This document shows, piece after piece, positions 50,429-58,442 of a stretch of DNA of 64,000 nt. Positions within the stretch are counted from its first letter, which is position 1; every line of letters starts with the position of its first letter. The translations under genes and the position numbers were made by a program. The notes beneath the pieces are model-generated. The model worked only from the letters and a program-made list of their open reading frames with translations, was not told the DNA's origin and ran no database searches. The stretch is from Alphaproteobacteria bacterium (lineage in GTDB: Bacteria; Pseudomonadota; Alphaproteobacteria; GCA-2731375): assembly GCA_016776605.1 (NCBI GenBank), contig JADHTB010000002.1:130842-194841 (forward strand), written 5' to 3'.

Positions 50429-51259
50429 ATGGGTGGCATAATTTGGCTGGCATCCTATCCAAAATCGGGCAACACATGGTTGCGGGCTTTTTTGCATAAC
50501 CTGTTGCGTGACCCTGATCAGCCGGCGGAAATCAATAAGCTGGATCAATTCTGCGTCGGGGACTCCCAGGCGAAATGGTTCAGCCATGTGGCAAATGGCC
50601 GTAAACCGATGGATATGTCACCCGAAGAGGTTGCCCCCCTTCGCCCGCTGGTGCATCAGGCATTTACCTCGGCGCATCCAGATTCGGTGTTTGCCAAAAC
50701 GCACAACATCATGGCGGAGGCCTATGGCGTGCCCCTGGTGACCATGGAATATACCGTCGGCGCAATTTACATCGTTCGAAACCCCCTCGATATGGTTCTG
50801 TCCCTGGCCGATCACTTCGGCCAAAGCCTTGATGGCGCCATTGCCATGCTGGCCGATCCCCAAGCCGGCACGCCCAGTAATATCAACAATGCCTTTGAAT
50901 TCTATGGCACCTGGTCGCAGCATGTCGCCGCATGGACGGCAGTGGAAAGCGATGCCCTGATACGGCTGCGGTATGAGGATATGGGGGCGGACCCGCGGCA
51001 AACTTTTCGTAAGGTCGCGAATTTCCTTGGCCTTGACCCACCCAGTGCCCGGCTGGACAAGGCCATCCAATTCTCGTCTTTCGAGGTGCTGCGCGCCCAG
51101 GAAGACAAGAGCGGTTTTCGCGAGCGGAGTTCCCATTCCGAACATTTTTTCCGCTCAGGAAAATCCGGACAATGGCATGGCGTCCTGTCGAAGGCGCAGG
51201 TGGACGCGGTGGTGTCGGCCCATCACGAACAGATGGAACGCTTTGGCTACCTGCCGTGA
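50429..51259 (+). CDS. PAPS-dependent sulfotransferase
   Basis: WLASYPKSGNTW (5'-PSB), RNPLD...S (3'-PB), RYED and FFRSG..GQW. Confidence 0.9.
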   Translation: MGGIIWLASYPKSGNTWLRAFLHNLLRDPDQPAEINKLDQFCVGDSQAKWFSHVANGRKPMDMSPEEVAPLRPLVHQAFTSAHPDSVFAKTHNIMAEAYGVPLVTMEYTVGAIYIVRNPLDMVLSLADHFGQSLDGAIAMLADPQAGTPSNINNAFEFYGTWSQHVAAWTAVESDALIRLRYEDMGADPRQTFRKVANFLGLDPPSARLDKAIQFSSFEVLRAQEDKSGFRERSSHSEHFFRSGKSGQWHGVLSKAQVDAVVSAHHEQMERFGYLP

Positions 51260-51364
51260 TTCCATCGGCAAAGGCCGAATTGAATCCGTTATTCGGACCG
51301 TTCCGACGGGCGAGAGCGTGGCTTAATCAGTTTCGGAAAATGACTAGTCAATCTCGAAAATGGT

Positions 51365-54316
51365 CTAGGAAATTTCCATGGGTAGACGCGGCACATCGAT
51401 CATTTCCGGCGGCCTGCCGTCTTCATGGGCTTGCCACATTAACTCGTATGCCGATTCCAAATGCCGGGTCAGACGTTTTGAATTGAACAAGGGATAGTCA
51501 TCACGCGTGGCCACCAGCTCCGCTCTGAGTCTTGCCAGGCTGTCGCGGTCATTGGCCAAGGCGAAGGCTTTCGCCTCATAGTCATGGATCTGATACTGGA
51601 TCATATCCTGTTGTCCGATTGCGGAAAGCAGGGTCGCGCCATTGCGCGATTGCGGCGTGGGACCGGCCAGGGTCAGCACCGGCACGCCGGTCCAAAGACA
51701 ATCCACCGTTGTGACGCCGCCGCCATGATAGAGATTATCCAGGGCCAGGTCGGCAAAGGGCAGGCGTGCCAGATGTTCGGGATGGGGGATTTTGTCCGCA
51801 AAAATTAAACGGTCTGGATCAACGCCCCGGGCCGCGGCCTCCTGCCGGAGGTTTTCCGTACTGCTTTTGGTGCCGCGAACCAGCCACAACACTGCATCGG
51901 GCACCTTGCGCAATAACCGCATCCAGATGGCGAAAATTTTTGGCTCGATTTTATAGTGAGTGTTGAAATTGGCGAAGACAAAGGCCCCTTCTGGCAAGCC
52001 GCAGTCAGCCCGGCTGGGGCCCTTGATGGCAATGGGGGCACGTTGGGTCGCCATGAAGGTATCTGGCAGATAGACAAGGTTTTCGGTGAAAAAGGGCCGT
52101 TGTTCTGGCGGTACCTGATGGTGATCGGTAATGAGGTAGTCCAGGAATTTTGCCCCAATCGTCGCCGAATAGCCGAGATAGTGCGCCTGTATAGGGGCCG
52201 GTCGTAGCGCTAAAAGCGATAACTGCCCGCCCTTGGTATGTCCCGCCAGATCGATCAGGATATCGATTTCATCGTCATGGATCAGTTTGGCAGATTCTTC
52301 AAACGAATAGTCGACCAGATTGTGGTAGCCGTGGAAACGCTCGCGCAGGGCATCGGTCATATAATCATCGCCCCCCGAATGCAGGGCATAGCCATGCACC
52401 TGGAACCGCTCCATATCGTGATTGTCCAGAATGCCTTTGAAGGCAACAGACACGCTATGGAAACGAAAATCAGGGGATAGATAACCGATGCGGATACGGT
52501 CATGTGGCTTGCGGCGATTATAGCTGAAATTCAATTCTTGGACTGATTCAGCGACATAATCGGCGTTGCGCTGGGAAATCTGCTCGGCCACGGCCTGCCG
52601 CAGGGCCATGGAGAATTCACCGGGCAGGCTTTGCAAGGCGAAAGCGGACAACGCCACAGTGCCGCCGTCGGTCAATTCCCCTTCCGTGTTGCTGCGGATC
52701 TTTTCGATGACTGAATGCAGGTTGGACCAACTGCATTGCTGCATCAGGGAATGCGCCAGGAACGGATAAATGACATTATAATCCGGGCGTACTCTGAGAG
52801 CCTGCATAAAGGCCAGGATGGATTCATCCCAATGATTGATGCTTTGTAAAAGACTGGCCAGGTTGAAATAACCTTCTGCCAGGTCCGGGTTGACTTCCAA
52901 CAGCTTGCTATAGGCTGCGACTGCTTCGTCAATATGACCAATGGCGGCTTCCGATATGGCCAGATTGTTCAGCGCTTCGGGATAGTCTGGATTTATCGCC
53001 AGGCCCTTGCTGAAACTTTTTACGGCTTCTTCATGCCGGTTTTGCGTTTGCAGTGTTAAACCCATGCCATTGTAAATATTGATTAATTCGGGTTCTGCCT
53101 GGACCGCGATCTCGAATGCCTCAACTGATTCCGCCAATCGTCCCATACCCCGCAGGGTATTTCCCAGATTGCAGGCGACCAGTGCTTGACTAGGTAGCAA
53201 TTGCAATGAACGGCGGTAACTCTCAACGGCGTCATCCTGGCGGTTCAGGGCGACCAGACTGTTGGCGATATTGTTGTGGGCTTCGGAAAACTCCGGCCGC
53301 AGCTCGATTGCCTTGGAATATTGTTCCACCGCCTCGGCATGTCGTCCAAGTGATTGGAGAGCATTGCCGTAGCTATTGCGGTAATCCGCCGATTCTGGCT
53401 GACCAGCGCAGGCCAGGGCAAATACGGGCACGGATTCTTCGACCCGCGATTGCTGGTAATACAAAGTCGCAAGATAAAACGCGGTCAAGGCGTTGTTCGG
53501 TTCCAGTTCCGCCGCCCGGAACAGTGCCTGCTCGCTTTCGTCAAACAGTTCCATCAATAGGAATAGATTGCCCAGGCAGTTCCAAGCCTCGATAAAGTCC
53601 GGTTTCAGCGCCACTGCCTGCTCCAATGCCGCGCGCGCTTCAGCATGTTGGTCCAGGCGCATCAGGGCCAAGCCAAGATCGGCATGGGCCGCAGCCCATT
53701 CAGGGGTAATAAATGTGGCTTGGCGAATGGCCTCGATCGCGCCCTTGGCATCGCCCAAAGACAGCAAAATATTGCCATAATTCTTATACGCGGCGGAATT
53801 ATCCGGATCAACGCGCAACGCGGCCAGATAACTCTCCTTGGCTTCGTCACTGCGGCCGGCTGCCAATAGGATGGTGCCCAGATTATTGTGGGCGTCGGTA
53901 ATATTAGGATCGATGCTGATGGCCTCGCGGTAGCATTCGATGGCTTGTTCAATTTCCTGCTGCTGATACAGAAGATTTCCTAAATTGATCTGTGCGGCCG
54001 CCAATAAAGGGTTTTCGGCCAGCGCACGCCGGTAGCAGTCAGCGGCTTCCTCCTGCCGCCCTGATTGGACAAAGGCGTTGCCCAAGTTGGAAAGAGTATC
54101 GGGATCCTCGGGCAGGATATCCAGAACCTGTTGATAGAGGGGGACGGCCTCGTCAGCGCGGCCCTGGGCCGTCAACAGGGCCGCCAGATTAAATGCGGCA
54201 TCCATATGATGTGGATCGTCAGCAAGTATTTGCTGATACAAAGCTTCGGCCGTGCTGGCTTCACCCGCTTTATGCTGCGTCAAGGCCGTTTGGAAGGTTA
54301 GATCGAGACTGTTCAT
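51365..54316 (-). CDS. TPR + SPINDLY/OGT-family (GT41) protein glycosyltransferase
   Basis: More than 10 TPR repeats; RIGYLSPDFRFHSV, DILIDLAGHT, RPAPIQ.HYLGY, NFNTHYKI and DLALD..YHGGGVTT. Confidence 0.92.
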   Translation of the reverse strand: MNSLDLTFQTALTQHKAGEASTAEALYQQILADDPHHMDAAFNLAALLTAQGRADEAVPLYQQVLDILPEDPDTLSNLGNAFVQSGRQEEAADCYRRALAENPLLAAAQINLGNLLYQQQEIEQAIECYREAISIDPNITDAHNNLGTILLAAGRSDEAKESYLAALRVDPDNSAAYKNYGNILLSLGDAKGAIEAIRQATFITPEWAAAHADLGLALMRLDQHAEARAALEQAVALKPDFIEAWNCLGNLFLLMELFDESEQALFRAAELEPNNALTAFYLATLYYQQSRVEESVPVFALACAGQPESADYRNSYGNALQSLGRHAEAVEQYSKAIELRPEFSEAHNNIANSLVALNRQDDAVESYRRSLQLLPSQALVACNLGNTLRGMGRLAESVEAFEIAVQAEPELINIYNGMGLTLQTQNRHEEAVKSFSKGLAINPDYPEALNNLAISEAAIGHIDEAVAAYSKLLEVNPDLAEGYFNLASLLQSINHWDESILAFMQALRVRPDYNVIYPFLAHSLMQQCSWSNLHSVIEKIRSNTEGELTDGGTVALSAFALQSLPGEFSMALRQAVAEQISQRNADYVAESVQELNFSYNRRKPHDRIRIGYLSPDFRFHSVSVAFKGILDNHDMERFQVHGYALHSGGDDYMTDALRERFHGYHNLVDYSFEESAKLIHDDEIDILIDLAGHTKGGQLSLLALRPAPIQAHYLGYSATIGAKFLDYLITDHHQVPPEQRPFFTENLVYLPDTFMATQRAPIAIKGPSRADCGLPEGAFVFANFNTHYKIEPKIFAIWMRLLRKVPDAVLWLVRGTKSSTENLRQEAAARGVDPDRLIFADKIPHPEHLARLPFADLALDNLYHGGGVTTVDCLWTGVPVLTLAGPTPQSRNGATLLSAIGQQDMIQYQIHDYEAKAFALANDRDSLARLRAELVATRDDYPLFNSKRLTRHLESAYELMWQAHEDGRPPEMIDVPRLPMEIS

Positions 54317-54415
54317 GGTCTGAATTCATAGTTTTATAGGGTTAATATTCCTTAAAGTTCGCGCCACCCCATCGCCTCACCATTATTGCCGTTCCAAGGA
54401 TGCGGCACGTTATAT

Positions 54416-54607
54416 CTTGCCCGGCAAAGCTTGCTTGATGGGTGCAGTATTTGCCCGGCAAGGCCCTTTTTCACCCTGGGCCCGGTTCGTCTAAAATCCC
54501 CGCAGTAAAAAAATACATGATTTAAATCAATGCATTACCCTGCCTATCCGGGTTTCGGCACAACTTGGCATGACCTTTGCGTTGTGTTGGTTGGCAAAAG
54601 CCCGCCG
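54416..54607 (+). promoter_or_regulatory. Sigma54 promoter of flagellin with IHF site and ftr-like elements
   Basis: TGGCATGACCTTTGC at 54566-54580 (GG-N10-GC); AATCAAtgcaTTA at 54525-54537 (WATCAANNNNTTR); CCGGCAA motifs near 54421 and 54455. Confidence 0.7.
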
Positions 54608-54651
54608 TTGGTCTGACGGTGTAGTGAATATCGGGGACGAGGAGAACGATT

Positions 54652-55470
54652 ATGGTTTTATCAATTAACACTAATATTGGCGCGATGATTGCGCTGCAAC
54701 ATCTCAACGCTACAAACGGCAGATTAGAAGCGACCCAGCTTCGCATTACCACGGGCCTGCGGATCAACGGTCCGAAGGACGACGCCTCTACTTATGCCAT
54801 CGCCCAGAACATGCGGGGCGATATTAATGGCATGGTCGCGGTGAAGACGGCGATTGCCGGTGGCGAGTCGACGGTCAATGTGGCCTTGGAAGGCGCCCAG
54901 GCAATTAACAATCTGCTGCTGGAAATGAAGGCAAAGGTGGTGCAAGCCAACCAGGCTGGACTTGACACAACCTCCCGCACCGCCCTGCATAATGATTTCG
55001 ATGCGCTGCGCCAGCAGATCGAGACCATTACGGGTACCGCCGAATTTAACGGCTCTAATTTGATTAAGGCGAGTGCCGGTAATCTGTCGGTGTTGAGCAC
55101 GGTTGACGGCAGTACAATCGCGGTGTCGGCGCAGACAATGGATCCGACCACGCTTTCCATCCACACCACGACACTGCAAACGTCGGCGGGTGCGGCGACG
55201 GCGTTGACAGCCATCGATTCGGCAATAACGGCCGTGGCGGACAAATTGGCGGCCCTGGGCTCCGTTTCCAAGCGGCTGGAAATCCAAGGCGATTTTATGG
55301 TCACATTGATCGACATCCTGCGCGCCGGCGTTGGTAACCTAGTGGATGCTGACATGGCCGAGGAAAGCGCCATGCTGCAATCATTGCAGATCAAACAGCA
55401 ACTTGGCGTCCAGGCACTGTCGATTGCCAATTCCAATCCCCAGACTATCCTGGCTCTGTTCAACGGTTAG
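54652..55470 (+). CDS. Flagellin (short alphaproteobacterial type)
   Basis: SINTNIGAMIALQ, TGLRINGPKDD, LVDADMAEES and QALSIAN..PQTILALF. Confidence 0.95.
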   Translation: MVLSINTNIGAMIALQHLNATNGRLEATQLRITTGLRINGPKDDASTYAIAQNMRGDINGMVAVKTAIAGGESTVNVALEGAQAINNLLLEMKAKVVQANQAGLDTTSRTALHNDFDALRQQIETITGTAEFNGSNLIKASAGNLSVLSTVDGSTIAVSAQTMDPTTLSIHTTTLQTSAGAATALTAIDSAITAVADKLAALGSVSKRLEIQGDFMVTLIDILRAGVGNLVDADMAEESAMLQSLQIKQQLGVQALSIANSNPQTILALFNG

Positions 55471-55512
55471 GCATCAAAAGGTGCGGTCGGGCAACCGGGC
55501 GTATGCAGGAAA

Positions 55513-55911
55513 ATGGCACTTAAACTAACACTCAAACCAAGCGAAAAATTCGTCATCAATGGCGCGGTGATCCAAAACTCGGATCGGCGCACCACCCTGG
55601 TGATCCAGAACAGGGCGTCTCTTCTGCGGGAAAAAGACATCATGTTGCCCGAGGATGCGACGACGCCCATGCGCCGGATCTATTTCACGATCATGATGCT
55701 GTATCTGGACGAAGGTGCGCTGAAGCAGCATCAGGACGCCTTCCTGGAATTGATGTCTGGATTCATGAATGCAATCAGCAATGCCGAAGCGGTGGCGGAA
55801 TGCGTCAACGTTATTCAGCAGGTTCACGCAAAACAATATTACAAGGCGCTGGTTGGCTGCCGGAAGTTGTTTCCGTTTGAAGAGGAGAGATTAAATTATG
55901 TCGCTACATAG
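55513..55911 (+). CDS. flbT: Flagellin translational regulator FlbT
   Basis: LKLTLKPSEKFVINGAV and DATTPMRRIYF. Confidence 0.92.
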   Translation: MALKLTLKPSEKFVINGAVIQNSDRRTTLVIQNRASLLREKDIMLPEDATTPMRRIYFTIMMLYLDEGALKQHQDAFLELMSGFMNAISNAEAVAECVNVIQQVHAKQYYKALVGCRKLFPFEEERLNYVAT

Positions 55912-56239
55912 CTACGAGGTCGCACAGAATACGACCGAAACGCCGCGGCAGACTGAATATAGGTTGTTTGCCCAGGTCACCCGGGCTTTGCTGGAATGCC
56001 AAAATGCGGAGACTAAATCGCCGGTGGCCAAGGCTATTCATTGGAACCGAAGGCTTTGGTTGGCGCTGCAGGCGGATTGCGCCATGGAGAACAATGTTCT
56101 GCCAGACGAGACCCGTGCCGGGATCATCTCACTGTCCCTCTGGGTGGATAAACATTCGCGCAAGGTGTTGCGTGGTGAAGCCAAGTTAGAGCCATTGATC
56201 GACGTCAACCGCTCGATCATGGAGGGCTTGTCGGCCTAA
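55898..56239 (+). CDS. flaF: Flagellar regulator FlaF
   Basis: PRQTEY, NRRLW, N.LP...RA.IISL and LIDVNRSIMEGL. Confidence 0.92.
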   Translation: MSLHSYEVAQNTTETPRQTEYRLFAQVTRALLECQNAETKSPVAKAIHWNRRLWLALQADCAMENNVLPDETRAGIISLSLWVDKHSRKVLRGEAKLEPLIDVNRSIMEGLSA

Positions 56240-56305
56240 CGGCGGACAGCCAAGAAATAGAGCCCGTCTCGACCCGGACGCCCATCGCGTCCGAACCCCG
56301 GTGAT

Positions 56306-56344
56306 CGCCCGGCCAACAAAGTTGGCCGGGCGGTTGCGTTTTGT
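56306..56344 (+). terminator. Putative terminator after flaF
   Basis: Perfect 12-bp stem cgcccggccaac-aaa-gttggccgggcg with a weak T-rich tail. Confidence 0.6.
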
Positions 56345-56476
56345 GGCCCTGATATACCGAGGCCGTGGCTGCTCCGCGGTCATCCTTCGGGCTTTTAGAC
56401 GCCACCTGAATTTTGCATTACATTGTTCTCGCCATGATGTGGCAACAAGGAATGATCGGGGCGATAGAGGTTGGCC

Positions 56477-56953
56477 ATGGCGTTGCGTCTGAGCATATTA
56501 GGGCTGCTGCTGGCCGGTGCATTGTTGTGCGGCAGACCGGTCGCGGCTGGGACCGCCGCCCGGTCCATCGATCAGCTCACGGTGATAACGGTTCAGGGGC
56601 GGCATCAATTTCATGTCGAATTGGCCGCGACGGAAGAGGCCAGACGCAAGGGCTTGATGCACCGGCAGGCCTTGGCGAACGATGCCGGGATGCTGTTCAT
56701 TTTTCCAGACAGCGGCCGGCACGGCTTTTGGATGAGAAATACTCTGATCCCGTTGGATATGCTGTTCATCGCCGGGGATGGCCGCATCGTGTATGTGCAT
56801 CACAATGCCCAGCCGCGGTCTCTGACGTCGATCAGGCCCAGCGTGGACGCCAGGGCGGTATTGGAAATTAATGGTGGGCTCAGCCGCCGTCTGGGCATTG
56901 CCATCGGTGACCAGGTTTTGCACCCCAGTCTGACGGGAACTGCTCTAAAGTGA
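56477..56953 (+). CDS. DUF192 family protein
   Basis: GLMHR, GMLF, FWMRNTLIPLDMLF and VLEINGG. Confidence 0.9.
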   Translation: MALRLSILGLLLAGALLCGRPVAAGTAARSIDQLTVITVQGRHQFHVELAATEEARRKGLMHRQALANDAGMLFIFPDSGRHGFWMRNTLIPLDMLFIAGDGRIVYVHHNAQPRSLTSIRPSVDARAVLEINGGLSRRLGIAIGDQVLHPSLTGTALK

Positions 56954-57384
56954 TACAGGCGGAAGATGACTTAGGCAGGCCACCGCCATCCGGCTTTGTG
57001 GCGGACAGCCGGAATAGTCCCTATACGGCCATGATCGGACCGTTATACGAAATTCCCGGCGATGATCAGAGCCGGCGCGGTTTCTGGGTACTGGATCGTC
57101 ATATCAATAATGCGGGCATCATTCATGGCGGCATGTTGATGAGTTTCGCCGATACCCTTTTGGGCCGCGCCGTCAGCAACAGCGGAGCCGGCATGGCCGT
57201 GACCCTGCATATGACAACGGATTTTATTGGACCGGCCCATTTGGGCGATTGGATCGAGGGTAAGGCCGGCGTCGTGCGCCGCACACGCACGATCGTTTTC
57301 GTGGAGGGCGAGATCGTCACCCGCAAGCGTCTGGTGATGACCGCGAAAGGTATTTTTCGCCGCCTGGCCCGAAACCGGGGTTAA
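56950..57384 (+). CDS. PaaI family thioesterase
   Basis: N..G.IHGGMLMSFAD hotdog motif. Confidence 0.88.
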   Translation: MIQAEDDLGRPPPSGFVADSRNSPYTAMIGPLYEIPGDDQSRRGFWVLDRHINNAGIIHGGMLMSFADTLLGRAVSNSGAGMAVTLHMTTDFIGPAHLGDWIEGKAGVVRRTRTIVFVEGEIVTRKRLVMTAKGIFRRLARNRG

Positions 57385-57474
57385 TTGGAAATTACTCAGA
57401 TCTTTAGAATTAGAGCAATTTTTCCAATCACTTAGAATCGCTTCGCGATTCTCATTAATTCGGAATTGCTCTAA
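57385..57474. repeat. Palindromic repeat, divergent copy 4
   Basis: ctcaga..tagagcaatt..ccaatcactt-agaatcgc-ttc-gcgattct..aattgctctaa; overlaps the hcrB TAG stop. Confidence 0.75.
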
Positions 57475-58442
57475 AAGATCGTTTCCGCAAGCTTCTGTGC
57501 CAGGGCGCCGGCGACACGACGGCGGTAATGGGGCGGTGTCAGGGTGGTTTTCATGGCCTTGGCCTGACCGCGCACCACATCGCGCATTTCCTCCAAACAG
57601 CTATCGTCGGGTTTGCGGCCGATAAATTTATCCAGGCCGCGCACCAGGAAGGGTAGGGGAGAAACCCCGGTCAGGCCAATGCGCAGATCGGCGATCTTTT
57701 CGTCCTGCAGACCCATTCGCACGGCAACGCCCGCCAGCGGGAAATCGATCGAGCCACGGACCCGGGATTTGGCATAGCCGGTTGTTATGGGGATTGGATT
57801 TTTCGGCACATGCACCGCGACCAGTATTTCGCCTTTCCCCAAGGTGAGATGATCCATGCCATCGTTGCGGTACAATGCCGCCAGGGCAATGCGGCGGCGG
57901 CCGTCGGGACCGGCCAATTCCACCTCGGCGTCAAACAACAACAGGGCCGGGGCCACATCGCCCGAAAAGGCCGCGAAGCATTTCTTGCCGCCGGGCGCTA
58001 CGTGGCAGATATCGCCCCGATACTTTAGGCAATAATTGTTCGCCGCCCGCCACCATTCGCTTTGATTGTAAAAGACACAGCGGGTATCGAGGCACAGGTT
58101 GCCGCCCAATGTGCCGTATTCCCGATGGCTGGGGCCGGCCACGTCTCCGGCGGCCTGGGTCACGGCTGAAAAATGCTCCCGCAACAGATTGCTTTCGGCC
58201 AGGTCGCGCAGGTTCACGGCGGCGCCGATGCTGATCTGGCCGGGCGCATCGGTAATTGCATGCATCTCGGCAATGCCGTTCAGGTAGACCAGGTTATCGG
58301 GCGTTTCAATGCCGCGCCGGATATTGACCAGAAGGTCACTGCCCCCCGCCAGATAGCGGCCGGACGGCGCGGCCGCATGCAGCTTGATCGCTTCTTCCAC
58401 CGTCGCGGGGTGATACAGGCGCATTTCGGGAAGGTATTCCAT
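57471..58442 (-). CDS. hcrB: 4-hydroxybenzoyl-CoA reductase beta subunit (FAD, 4Fe-4S)
   Basis: AGGSDL and GGNLCLDTRC.FYNQSEWWR...CLK...CH.....C insertion typical of HcrB; IDFPLAG. Confidence 0.9.
   Translation of the reverse strand: MEYLPEMRLYHPATVEEAIKLHAAAPSGRYLAGGSDLLVNIRRGIETPDNLVYLNGIAEMHAITDAPGQISIGAAVNLRDLAESNLLREHFSAVTQAAGDVAGPSHREYGTLGGNLCLDTRCVFYNQSEWWRAANNYCLKYRGDICHVAPGGKKCFAAFSGDVAPALLLFDAEVELAGPDGRRRIALAALYRNDGMDHLTLGKGEILVAVHVPKNPIPITTGYAKSRVRGSIDFPLAGVAVRMGLQDEKIADLRIGLTGVSPLPFLVRGLDKFIGRKPDDSCLEEMRDVVRGQAKAMKTTLTPPHYRRRVAGALAQKLAETIF

Noticed and set aside
56240..56476. Possible tRNA or ncRNA near the DUF192 gene
   Set aside because: No cloverleaf or T-loop signature is visible; only a terminator-like hairpin.
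13444..57474. Repeat family as a CRISPR array or as integron attC sites
   Set aside because: The copies are dispersed and about 105 bp long, with no spacers, no cas or integrase genes, and no RYYYAAC/GTTRRRY ends.
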